Positions 39,150-51,870 of a stretch of 64,000 nucleotides of DNA are shown one piece after another. Location of the stretch: assembly GCA_043228905.1 (NCBI GenBank), contig JBHGNT010000003.1, positions 8,122,001 through 8,186,000 on the forward strand, in the 5' to 3' direction. Source of the DNA: Azolla caroliniana (lineage: Eukaryota; Plantae; Polypodiophyta). The translations under genes and the position numbers were made by a program. Numbering within the stretch: the first letter of the stretch is position 1; every line of letters begins with the position of its first letter. A model generated the notes under the pieces. The model was given only the letters and a program-made list of their open reading frames with translations. It did not search any database and was not told the DNA's origin.

Positions 39150-40160
39150 ATGCATTTTGTGGAACCCATGCATCCGAGATGAATCCGGTAAACTAATTGG
39201 ATCCAGTAAGGGGCTACCATGGGGAAGCATTGCAGAAGATCCAACAAAGAGCATAGAATGTTGGAGGTTGTTCATGTCATTGCTAGTACAAGATGAAGCC
39301 AACATACTATATGGAATCAAGGGCGGATGGACAATGAGATCTAAAATTGTGAGCAGTCTATTGCGTGGGGAAGCTGCTAGTCCAAGGATGATAATGGAGA
39401 AGTGGATAGGCAACGACGAGGGTTCCTTGACTCCAAGAGATAGTGAAACATTAGATAGGATCGAAGGCCACGAATTGTGAGGCAACGAGAAACCAACAAC
39501 AATGAACATAACGATTCAAGTGCTTGCGTATACAGGTGGTAAGTGGATTGTAGATCTTGGCCCGATCAAAGTACAACTAGGATTGCACATATGTGTTCAT
39601 GAAAACACATGGCCACGTAAGGTTAGTTGGGACCCTTGGCAATGGACGCGACACGATCATTATGTGAGACAAGGAAGCAAAGCCATCCCCTTCTTCCAAT
39701 TCATGAACAAATTGGTTCGCCATATCCTAGTTGCTCAAACCAACAAAGGATTGGTTGCTGCAAAGATATGGCACACATATCATGTTCCCCATACCACTAT
39801 TGCCAAGTTTTGGCAGCAATGATGGAAACAATAACAAGCTATGCGAATTACTACATTTCAATGGCTATTGATAGATAGATCACTACTGGTTGACGTGTGG
39901 CAACCCAAGATCCTTTGCTCTCCTAATTGTGTAGCGTGCCCCAATGAAATAGATCAATCCAACACGCTCTGTGGGACTGCCCAAAGACGCATCGAATATG
40001 GAGGGGGGTTGATCAAGTTTGGTGCAAGGCACATTCAAGTGGGGGAATGTATGTTGTTTATTAGGGTAGTCCCAATTGATAGATACCATCATCAAGAGGA
40101 GGGGATGGCGTTGGTGATAAAGGCACAAGAGATGTCGTTATCTGTACCTAAACATTAAAT
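39150..40160 (+). pseudogene. Degenerate L1-type LINE fragment (mirror copy)
   Basis: Same zf-RVT-like CVAC...HALWDCP remnant near 39930-40000. Confidence 0.65.
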
Positions 40161-41485
40161 GTGTGTTATAACAACCTTGCACCAAACTTGACATTGCATT
40201 TGCAATTAGAGTATTTTGCCGATTCATGTCAAACCCAAGAAAAAAGCATTCAACAATGGTGAAAAGGATTTATCTAGTAATTGTGTGGAACAAGGAGACA
40301 AGCCTTGGAGTGGGCAAAGGAAACCAAGTCCAAAATTTGAACTTCAATGTACATCGGAATTTTTTATTATCTTGCATGCAAAACAATATATTGGAGATGA
40401 CGACTTCCAGAGTGCATAGTTGTGTTGAAAACGAAAGTAGATCATAATGTTGCCAGTGAAGTATGAAAGGACTTATTGTGGAATTCTGAACTGGTTGCAA
40501 ACAAAAGGGGGTATAAGGTTAAGCTCTAGCTCTCCACAATGACGACTAGGGTGCCATCTTGTTGGCATGAAAGAACTTTGAAACATATAGAAGTGCACTA
40601 TACCTTATTGGAGATTTTCTTTCATTGAAAGGTATCAATTTTCTTTCATGAATGCAGATTATTATAGATCTAGAATTGGTGGGAATATCTATCTCTTATA
40701 TGCCCAAGAACACTAGTCTAGGATTCTAATTTGTACTTGTCCTTATAAGTTCTATCAAAGTCTGTCTCCATAATGAAACATTGTTAGCCCAAAATGAAAC
40801 AATTTCATATTGCCTTCTTTGTTGGGACTCAAAATCATACTTGATTTTAATCTTGCTTTACATTGTTGGTAGCTATATTTTTATCTCCCATCTTATTTTT
40901 AAGCATTCAAAATTGATTTCAAACACTTTTATCTTTGTGCATGATACGGTATAAAAGCAAAAACATAAATTGCCTTGTTTCATTTCTCAAATTTGAGGGT
41001 CTGTTAGACATCACCATGGAGATAAAACAAATGCCAAAAAGGTTTCTTAATGCAATCTCTTGTAAGCCTTTAATATTGTAGGCTCCAATGAGAAGAACAT
41101 CACAGAAGTAAACATTTCGGGAACTCTATTATCTCAGAAAATCTATTTGAATCTCCACCAGACACAGCACAGAGCTGAAATGAAACCTTTATACAGCCAA
41201 ACTGATTCATCAATGCAACCTTGTGTATAGTATGAGCCCAAAACAAATTCAAATGACAGAAAACCATTTAAGTAACTTTCTTATTTCAGAAATCAGTTTT
41301 GGTGTTCAATGGACACTCACCATGGAGGCAAAATACTCCTTAATGCAGTATTTGCATATTGGTAAGGACCTTGAAGCCTCTGAATTGCAAAGAGAGTTCA
41401 CTCCCGACACACAAATAGTCGGATGCAAATATAAATATTTTATTATCTTTTCTTTAGCATCTTTCTTCGGCTATATCACTTGAAT

Positions 41486-42478
41486 TCATGTAGAGGAATA
41501 ATCCACTACAATATACTTTTCGAGGGCGGGCATGATGGTGGATTTATGCACATTTACATATTCCTCATTCTCGGAAAGCTCTGAAAGCTCATGAAGATTA
41601 GGTAACAAGGCGACATATCCAAATTCATAGCCTTTCGATCTCGGCGAAAAATTGGTCCCGAAGCTAACTTGCTTGATTGAACGAAACTGTGCCTCAAAGG
41701 CACTGAATGCATCCACGAGATGTGAAACTGAGGTTCCCAAACTTGGCCTCATGGCGACAATTCTCACAGCTCCAACTGAACCAGAAGATGCCAATTCTGG
41801 TTCCTCTAGTTCAGTTTCCCAGTCAATTGCAATTCTATCATCGACTATTGGGGCTATGTGGTTCTTGATGACTTCAAGATGTAAGGGGTCGTTAGCATAT
41901 GAGTTGAGGTCTTCTTTGCTGTAGTATCTCGAGTGGAGAGCATGTGAAAAGCTCTCATCACCACTACTAATGCCACTATTATATCTATTATTTTTTCCAG
42001 CAGTGATATGAATTACTGATGGCAGAGATTTGAGGCCTCGGAGAGCAGAAACCATAGCTTCAGATTGCTCTTCTGGGACCCCTTCTTTCACCTTTAAAAG
42101 CACCACATGTTCAATAACACGGATCTTGCCTTTGCCTTTGCTTTCCTCGCTTTTGCTTTGGATAGAGGTATCCATAGACAAAGCCCTGGACGAGGGCCTA
42201 ATCCTAGGAGTAGACGAAGCTCTAACAGAGGTAAAGCTAGGGTTTTCAACGATGAGAGAGGGGAAGAGGTTGCGAGGAGTACCTGAATGCTGAAGATTTC
42301 TGATGTTTGAAGGCTTGGAGAAGAAGATCTGAGCACCTGAAAATGAATAACAAAACACATGTGAATATGTGTGTGTGAGAAAGAAAGAGAAGAATATCCT
42401 TCGAGGCCATGGAGATTTTGACAGAGAATAGATGGGTTTTAGTGTCTTTCACTTACCTCGCAGAGCTTGAACTTGCAT
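41486..42478 (-). CDS. Second tandem Dabb (stress-response A/B barrel) gene; complement(join(41486..42336,42457..42478)), 290 aa
   Basis: Intact ORF and splice sites. Six amino-acid differences from the left copy (V/L, P/T, E/K, N/S, D/E, T/I). Confidence 0.9.
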
Positions 42479-42856
42479 CCTTCCACAGTGTGAAGGAATA
42501 AGAAGAAGAAGAAGAAGAAGAAGGAAAGAAGGTTAAGGAACACTTTGAAAGAGATATATACACTAACCATTCGGTTAAGTACGTGTCCAATTAAGTACTA
42601 CATTCTATTAAATACGCTTTTCATAGATGTCAAAATCCTGTTCAAAAAAATTACATTGTTTTGCAAAAAAATACATTCAACCAAATTGAAACTATGTTCC
42701 AATAATTCAAAAAACAACAAAATCATTAATAAAAATAAGATTTCTAAATTCTTTTGCAATTTTCATACCAAAATCATGTAAGGTCATGTGCATACTTTTA
42801 AGATTGATTAGAACAATCGCAAAATATCAACAAAAATGAGATTTCTAAGTCTTTCG

Positions 42857-44608
42857 CTATTTTATACGAAAATCATGTAGGGTCATTTGCCTACTTTTAG
42901 CGATACGCTTAGAAATAATAACAGAATTTGCTTCTTGAATAATTCTACGAGCACTCGATAAAGCTAATTTCACTTGGTTTGCTTTCTCAGAACTTAGATA
43001 AGTTTTTGTCATTATCGAGTTCACCATGAGTTCGGTATCAACAATATTTTGCAATACTTTAGGAATAATCACATCGTCTTCCTTTAAGCATCCATGCATA
43101 TCTTGCATCTCAATAAACTCAGAATCTGAATCGTTTTCATCATCTGCAAGTGGTTCATTAGTGTTGGATGCTTGCGCTATAACTTCATCAATCTCTTCAA
43201 GGAGATTTTGATTAAGTTTTTCTGATTCATTTGCATCTGCATTGATACATTCCATGATTTCCTCTCGAATTTCTTCTACATTATGTGCATTTTCAAGCAA
43301 ACTGCAGTTACATAACAAAGCAACAAGATCATCAAGGCATTGATCTTCCATTTCAACAACTTCAACATCATTAATACGGAATGATGGAATAATATCTGCC
43401 TTTCTATAGCAATTAAAAAGTGTCTCCTGTGTGATCTCATTCCAAGCAATAACAATGAGATTGGCAATATCTAGCAAATGTGCCGACTTTCCAAAAGCTA
43501 AACCAACAGAACCTCGTCTCATTCGTTTAGCTACATCCTCCAAACGAATCTTAACATTTTTTGGACTATCATGATATGTCAAAACTTCTCTTATCAAATG
43601 ATATTTGTACCTCTTTTTCAAAGCTGCAATAATTCCCATATCCATTGGTTGCTTCCATGATGTGACATTTGATGGGAAAAAAATCACTTTGATAGCATCA
43701 CGCTCAAATGCTTCGGCATGTCCAGGAGCATTATCAAGGATTAGAAGCACTTTGCGATTAGTTCGAGAACGAACAAAAGGTACAAACACATGATCAAACC
43801 ACTTATTAAATGTAGGGATATCAATCCAAGCATTTTTTTGTGCTAAATAAGGTAATGGCCAAGAATTTCCAACGATACAAGAAGGTTCCTTAGCCTTTCC
43901 AATCATTGTAATAGGAACTTTTTCAGTTCCAGTCGCATTACAACAAACAACTAAGGTAACTCTATCTAGCAATTTTTTCTTACCCCGAATTGTTGTAGGA
44001 TCTTCATTAGGCAAAAGCACTGTGTATCTCAGAACTAATCGAAAAAACAAGCCTGTTTCATCCATATTGTAAACACAATGAGGATCATACTCGTTAACTA
44101 TATCATAGAGCCTTTCCAAAGAAGCCAACAATTGAGGGTCATTTCGATCAACTGCCCCTCCTTCGCCATACAAACTAATAGTATTCAAACACTGGCGATG
44201 ACGAAATTTCCTAAACCAACCCCAAGTTGCTTTGAAATCATCATCACAAATATTCATTTGTGTAGCCAGTCGTCGTCGAGCCTTTTCCATAATAACTGAT
44301 GGAGGCAATGCAATCGACAATCTACGAGATGCATCAATCCAGGCATACAAGCGTTCCTCTAATTCTGGATATTTCCCTTTAGATCCCCGAAAAGTTGTTT
44401 TCCTTGTATTATGATCTTTTAATTGAACATGCATTCGTACCTCATCCTTCTTCTTGATCAAACTTCTAATTGCACCTTCACTCACACCAAATTTTCTGCC
44501 AATTTTGCGAAGAGAAGGAGTTGATGGTTGTTCCACTATCTCCAAAATTTGTAGCCTTTGTTCATCATTCAAACGAGGTCCAACACCTCGCTTGCGGGTT
44601 GCATTCAT
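42857..44608 (-). CDS. pogo-like transposase (CENP-B/Tc5 HTH plus DDE_1), 583 aa
   Basis: N-terminal HTH, YPELEERLYAW...GWFRKFRHR, and catalytic motifs YNMDETG, LILDNAPGH, QPMDMGII. Uninterrupted ORF. Confidence 0.93.
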   Translation of the reverse strand: MNATRKRGVGPRLNDEQRLQILEIVEQPSTPSLRKIGRKFGVSEGAIRSLIKKKDEVRMHVQLKDHNTRKTTFRGSKGKYPELEERLYAWIDASRRLSIALPPSVIMEKARRRLATQMNICDDDFKATWGWFRKFRHRQCLNTISLYGEGGAVDRNDPQLLASLERLYDIVNEYDPHCVYNMDETGLFFRLVLRYTVLLPNEDPTTIRGKKKLLDRVTLVVCCNATGTEKVPITMIGKAKEPSCIVGNSWPLPYLAQKNAWIDIPTFNKWFDHVFVPFVRSRTNRKVLLILDNAPGHAEAFERDAIKVIFFPSNVTSWKQPMDMGIIAALKKRYKYHLIREVLTYHDSPKNVKIRLEDVAKRMRRGSVGLAFGKSAHLLDIANLIVIAWNEITQETLFNCYRKADIIPSFRINDVEVVEMEDQCLDDLVALLCNCSLLENAHNVEEIREEIMECINADANESEKLNQNLLEEIDEVIAQASNTNEPLADDENDSDSEFIEMQDMHGCLKEDDVIIPKVLQNIVDTELMVNSIMTKTYLSSEKANQVKLALSSARRIIQEANSVIISKRIAKSRQMTLHDFRIK

Positions 44609-44659
44609 CTCTGTAATAAAGCTAATTAGCTAATTTCACATTGACTTATCTATTGTTTT

Positions 44660-45440
44660 TTAATTCCCCCAAACCCTCAAACTAAGAAACCCAATATTTG
44701 TGAACCTAATCGACATATGGACTCTAATTCAGCCATAAAAACCAGACAATAACATCACATACTCTTTTACAATTAATCATTTTCAAATTCCCTAGACATT
44801 CAGCCTCAGAAACCCATAATTTATGAACTTAATCACCATATAGAGTTCAATTCAGCAATAAAAGCAAGACAAATACATCACATACTCTTCCACAATCAAT
44901 AATTTTCTGATTCCCTCAACCCTCGGACTAAGAAACCCATAATTTGTGAACCTAATCGACATATGGAGTCTAATTCAGCCATAAAAACAAGAAAAATATA
45001 TCACATACTCTTTCACATTCAATAATTTCCAAATTCCCTTAACCCTCATATTAAGAAACCTAATCGATATATGAACTCTAATTCAGCCATAAAAACAAGA
45101 CCAATACACCATATACTCTTCCACGAATACATCACAAACTCTTCTACAATCAATTATTTTTCATTTCCCTAAACCTCGATCTAAGAAACCTATAATTTAT
45201 GAACCTAATCACCATATGGACTCCAATTCAACAATTAAAACAAGACAAATACATCGTTTACGCTTCCATAGTCAATAATTTTCGAATTCCCTAAACCCTT
45301 GATCTAAGGAACCCACAATTTATGAACTTAATCACTGTATGAAATCTGATTAAGCAATAAAAACAAGACACATGCATCACATACTCTTCCACAACCAATT
45401 ATTTTTTAGTTCCCTAAACCCTCAGTCTTAGAAAACCTAG
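44660..45440. repeat. Array of about six 120-bp tandem repeats upstream of the transposase
   Basis: Recurring TAAGAAACCCATAATTTGTGAACCTAATCGACATATGGA...TAAAAACAAGAC...CATCACATACTCTT. Confidence 0.85.
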
Positions 45441-46239
45441 AAATGCACAGAAAATCTACATACCCGGAGAAGACGATAGGGGCACAAATAGTGTGTTGAG
45501 AAGAGCTAAGGTGAAGAAATAGTATTCTATGTACTGCGCGTGATCAATGAAGAAGCAAACAGGGTTTGATCGGTGGCTGTTGGGCTACGCTCTCTAAAAT
45601 GTGCAGACAAAACAAAATTCGGGGAAATAAAAATTGTGTGTAAAAAGCCCTAAGTACGCGGCTCGGTTAAGTACGCACTTCTTCCTTGCATTCAAAGTGC
45701 GTACTTAACCGAATGTTTACTGTATAGAGAGAAAGTGAGAGGCCATATTCTCCATGGAACCGTGAAACCGTGAAACCGTAATCCACTTGTTAGAACCATC
45801 CTTGTAATGCCATTAGAAAACCTGAATGTGCACATGAGGAAATCAAATACCCACATGCTCTAACATCCACAAATTCCATATAAGAATTTCCTTTCAATTC
45901 CTTCCTATAGGCCTTCACTCCATGTCTGTTATCAAACGTGAAAGCGTTTCACATATTCCGATTTTGTTGTCAGTGCCCAAATAGCGTAAAAATCTGGAAC
46001 AATATCTCCTGCTCCATCATTCTGAACATATTGAGAAAAACCACCCCATTGTTCAGGCCTCAAATAACAACGGGTTAAAAGTTGTCAAATATCCCATAAG
46101 TACTTCCAAATTATATGTGCATTTAATGAACCTATGTGTATTCTCCTCCAACAGAATGGTGCAAAAGAATAGTGTGTGTGGAAACTTGTACAACAAACAC
46201 AACCGGCTTAGTTGGACACCACGAGACAGTTAGGTATAC

Positions 46240-46273
<34 letters not shown>

Positions 46274-46419
46274 GCCCAGATGGATGTAGCTCAGTTGGTA
46301 AGGTTGCCCAATGGAGACCTAATAGAGAGGTGAGGAAGTTGGGTTTCAAACCCACAATGCAATGCTTGTAGGGCTAACAACTTACCACTAGGGTAAGGTA
46401 ATTACGATAAAAAAGAGAG

Positions 46420-47579
46420 AGATTGAGTAGAGCAAACTACAAACTATATTCAAAATAATAACTCTGTACGTACAACTGTGCTCAGTGAGCACTTTTATAC
46501 AAGCCCTGACAACGGGCTGACACAAGTACTGAAAAGTACTTGAATGCTCATAAATGAGCGTCTAACAATATTTGAACATAATATTCCCAATACTATGTTC
46601 GGCCCTAACGACTTTGTTGGCTCCCCGCCGATTCGGCCTAGTGGATCAACCTATGTACGATTTTGCTTTTGGCTCCTTTCAGCCGGTCAACCCATGTTGA
46701 GCTTGTCACTCAACACTCCTCCTCAAGGTCAACTTGAGGTTCCTTGTCAATTCCGGCTGGTTCTTTAGTCTAGCTTCTCCTGGCTTCACACCTCCTTACT
46801 CGTGCTCCACGACCCATCTGGTCTCGTGCTCCTTGACCTGCTAGGTCGGCGTGTTTGCTACCAAAGCCCTCAATGGCCTTCTTGCCCTTATGGACTTGGC
46901 GCCCCTCATCCCATCGGTGCCGGCTTCAGCTGCCTCCTTATCCATTTGGCCTTCATATGATTCAGCTTGTCCAAATCATTCCTCTCAATTGAATCAACTG
47001 TCTCTAATTCGTCTCCACCATTAACCGAATTGGTTGTTTGGTCTTCCATTAATTGATTTTCTTCTAGTAGTTGCCCCGTTGGACTCACGTTGATGTGAGG
47101 TGCCCGCTTTAGTGCCATATTCCGACATCTTTTTCTTCCCCTTCTCCTTGCATGTTAGCCGTCTCTTCAGCTTCGTATGCGGGGATTGCACGATTGAGTC
47201 CTCGTTGCTCGCCGACATGTCAATCGGTTGGCCATTCCGGCTTAGCTCCTCATTCGGCCTGCTTAGTTGGAATGAGATCGAATTCTCTTCTAGAGTGCCG
47301 ATTTTTGTCTCAACCATGGAGTCCGCCTCACTAGCCTCATTTGCGAAATTCGACTTGTAGGTCATGGGGGTAAGAGTCAGAATAGAATACCAAGAGGCCG
47401 ATTTGTCGAACACAACCTCACAACTAACTCGAACTTGTTTCGTCTAGGGGTTATAACATCTATAACCCTTTTGGTCATTCGCATAGCCAAACAAGATACA
47501 CTTTTTGGCTTTGGCATCTAGCTTCCTCCACTTCTCCTTCGACACATGCACATATGTTATGCTGCCGAACACCCTCCAG
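46420..47579 (-). mobile_element. Mirror copy of the deleted copia remnant
   Basis: Reverse complement of 23372-24545. Confidence 0.8.
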
Positions 47580-48226
47580 TGTTACGGGCATGACCATATA
47601 ATATCCCGTGGTGAGAATTTACCGTAGTATTCTATACATGTGGATAAATGTGAGGGTTAAACGAGAGTGTAAAAAAGGGGAGGATTACTTTTAATTCTCG
47701 GGATTGAGACAACCCATTAGGCCAAGTGTGAACTTGCATGGGGACCTTGGGTATCACTATAAATATGAGGCCTAGCTACCCTCATTTCATCATATCTTGA
47801 CTACGTCGAAACTTTGTTTCGTGGTGGGTCAACTCTTGTAGCGAGCGCGCTAGCACCAGGTACGACTCGACGCCACAACGGTGGTATGGGACGCCGATTG
47901 AAGCTCAAGCCGTCTCGATCCCTTCGCTCGAGGGTGGTCAGGTGGATTGACACCCTTCTTTCTCTCTCTCCTTTCTATCTATCTATCGTTTATCCTTATC
48001 ATATGCTTACTTTAGAACATAACTCTAACAGTTGGTATCAGAGCTCATGTTTCTAATGTTTCCTTTGTTTGTTTTTGTCTTCTTGATGGATGGTGATCGA
48101 TTGACGTGCGGTCGACCTTGATCTAGATAGCGATCAACAAAGGAACTTTAGTAAGTCTTTGTAAAGAATTGATGGTGATTCTTGTGTAGCAAAATTGACT
48201 AGAGATATGTGTTGTGAGTGTGTGTG

Positions 48227-48270
<44 letters not shown>

Positions 48271-51200
48271 GATAGATAGATTTGAAAAAACACAATAGAA
48301 TACTCAAGAAGATGTATATTACAAAGGAGATTAACCGACCTAATTTCAAGTAGGAGGAGAGTGATTTATATAGTCACTCTCTCTCTTCATTAACTACCAA
48401 AGCTCATGGGTCATGGGGAATGTGAAAACTCATTAGTTATGTGTCATAGAATATGATTCTATGACACATAGTTAATGTGTAGATAGGAGTAGTGACTTTT
48501 GACCTTTGAGTGCACACTCTCAAGGGTGTGTGTTCACACACTAGACTAAGTTGAGCTTAATTCTCAACACTCTTTCTTGTTTTTTTTTCTATTTTTGCTT
48601 CTCCCATCGAATCATGTATATGGTCAATATGAAAGTTTTTTTCATTGATTCAATGATGTTGTAGTGGTAATTAATTGGTTGTATAAAACGTTTACATATG
48701 TGTATGAGGTCAATACCTCATTTGACATATATTTAATATGTGATTAGTGTCGTTTGCGTACGAGGTTAATACCTCAATTGTGTATTATGTTCACATACAT
48801 ATGTTACGTTTGCGTATGAGGTCAATACGTCGATTTCTAAGTAAATGATATGTGTTTGGTGTGGTATGCGTAAGAGGTCAATACCTCAATTGCGTATTAT
48901 GATTAACCCTTATTTTTGGATGTTTCGTGGTAGAGGCTATATGCCTCGATTACGTGTCTCGATTTCATCATATATGTTGGCTATTTGATGTTACGATTTT
49001 GTTTAATATACGCATATGTGGTCACATGGATACGAATTTGATCGTTACATATATGTGATAAATATACATATGTGCATGTTAGTTATAATGTGATTTCTAT
49101 ATCGAATGTTGTCCTTTCGGGGAAAGGATCTTGGTGGCCGTCCTCACATTTTTGTGAGAATGGCGTAGTTACCATCCTTTTTTCAACAATTCTTTTTTGT
49201 TGACATCCCCGTTGGTCACTTCGATTTCGTTACGTAACGAAATGCTCATAGCCACAATGATGTTGAGAACGTAGGGCTTGACCCAGTTCAAGTGAGGTCG
49301 CTCCTATGACACACATATCCAACATCCCTCCCTCGTTACATGGATACGATGCCACCATGAGATCATTCTTACGAAAGCCATTCGTAATGACGTAACCATA
49401 TGATGGGCCATGTGGGCCTACTACGAAAAGAGGGCTCATTTGGCTTGACCATTACGTTGCACCTTGGCGTATGCCATTGTAATTATGAGACTTGAGGTTA
49501 GGTAACGTACCAACGTAGTTTGTGGTAAACGAGAGGGAAATAAGGACTCTTGAAATATATGTTTCTTTTAAAAAAAACATATATGGGCAAATGCTTCACA
49601 TATCTCTTATATGCATAAAACGTTAAACATTCAACACGAGCAACCTATTTGGTTAGCTTAAGTGTTTAATGCATTTGTTCTGGAGGTCTTGAATTCAAAT
49701 ATGACCAAGACCATACAACATTGTTGATACATATGACTATAATACATGTTTAGACTTTAGGTCTAACTACACTTTGGGGTCCTCGTAATAGGACTTAAAG
49801 AGCCGAAACCACATACGTGGGCACAGAAACATAGTTTATTGTTAACATTTTTTTCGTGTATAAAATATTCATGACGCGAACATACATGGTTGAGCCTCGG
49901 GGAGTCGCCATGAAAAAATCGATATAGAGATTAGGGAAAGACATTCATTTGTCACCCCGATGGTTTTTAAAACACCTTTGTGTTACCATAGTAACCTGAT
50001 ATTGAACCTCATCTCATATGTCTAGAGGGGTATTGACGTGAGATCATGATATCAATTAATGTTGGCCCATGATATGTTTACATCACGACTTGATGTTATG
50101 ACTATTTGCCTGACGTTATCCTATTTCTTTGCTAGAAATAATCATTCAATGGCTCAGAATAACGACCCAATGTCATTCGCTCAAGTGGAAGGAACTCAAG
50201 AAAATCCTCCCGGAGCAAGCTCCATTGAGTCATATATCTTACAAATATAACATTTCCTTAGTTCAACTGCGCATCAAATGTCCGAACTTCGGCAATCTCA
50301 AAGTGCTCTTGAGGCACATGTCATTAGTTTACAATGTGAGACAAATAGACCTGATGAGTGTTAGGGTGAACCATCATTTGTCGTAAAGCCATTTGCGGGA
50401 GAAAAAAGGAAAGAACCGAAGAAGCAATCTGCACATGGTTGGGCCGATGGGAGTCTCATTTTGAGTTCTATCCCACGCTATATAGTACGAAGATTGCATA
50501 TGTCGGGCGAGAACTAGGGGGTAAGGCCACCGCCTGGTGGCGTGGGCTTTGAACTTTGGGGACATGGCTTGATACTTGGACAACTTTAAAAGCCAATTTC
50601 TGCAAGCTCCATCTCGAACCGAGGCACCACAAGCATTAATGAACCTCTCTAGCCGGAAATTTTCTTCGCTAGAAGACTATGTCCACAATGTTAGAACCCA
50701 AATCCAAAAATCGGGTCTAGAAGGGGACAATTGGTAATAGCTTGTTTTGTCAATGGCATCCCCAATTCGGACTATCATTGGATAGTGCACGATGAGGATC
50801 CACAATCCTTCGAAGAGGCCGTTGAAATAGTTCTTCAGTATCAACGCACTTCGAAGAAGGACCATAAAAAACCTAACGAAGTGTCCGGGACTAAGCAGTC
50901 ACAATTCGCTGGGAAACACAAGACACCCAACGAATTCATGGATCACGATTGTAAGCGACATCATCCTTTTTGCGTATTTTGCAAAAAGAAGGGTCATACA
51001 AAAGAACAATGTTAAAAGCTCCAACGGAAAGAGCACGACAACAAAGCAAAAGTTGCAGACCATAAAGGTTAGATTCCTGATGTCCTTGAGGTCTATACAC
51101 ATCATTTAAGTAATTGTCAATGTTCTTTCCCTCACTGTGTATTGGGACCCAATGATTTACTACGTGCAAACGGGTATATCAATGGATCTCCTGTACAATT

Positions 51201-51870
51201 TTTATTTAATTCGTGAAGCTCACACAATTTTGTGAATGATCGTTTGGTTCAGATATGGGGAATCCAACACACCATAAGTGATCACACCTATAGGGTGCAC
51301 TTGGTTGATGGAAGAGTACAATACATGAACGAGGCGATTCATTCATTAGGAATTTCTATTGATACTTATGTAGAGGAAGTAGAGTTCCATGTTGTGAAGA
51401 GTCTATTACTAATCAATAGACCAAATCAAGTAAAAAGGAAGAAAATAGATTGGATAGAAGAACCCGTTCCACCCGACCACCCCCGAGCTATGATCTAGAC
51501 ATAGCCAACCTACCACCGACGTCCCATACCGCCGGATATTAGGATGACTAATACCTTGGAAGAGATAAACACGATCGTCGAGACGAAAGCCTAGCCCGCA
51601 CCACCGGTGTCTACGACAGCAGCCTTCCGACGTGATTCCTATGAGGGTAGCTAAGCCTCATATTTATACCTTTTCCTAGGCCCCTTGAATAGATGTGCCT
51701 TTCTAAAAGGCTCTCTATTCATTGGTTGTCTAAATCATGATAGTGCATGCACATATCATTTATTCTATCCAATCATTAGTCCCCTTTTTAATAATAGTGA
51801 ACATACCCTTCACTAATGTAAATATTAGTGACCTACCCTCACCAACGTTATGTGTACATAACATACTCCC

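Larger units (their letters stand above)
42561..45722 (-). mobile_element. pogo/Tigger-family (Tc1-mariner superfamily) DNA transposon, full length
   Basis: 23-bp TIRs: CACTAACCATTCGGTTAAGTACG on the left and the reverse complement of CAGTAAACATTCGGTTAAGTACG on the right. TA flanks both ends. Contains a transposase ORF. Confidence 0.93.
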
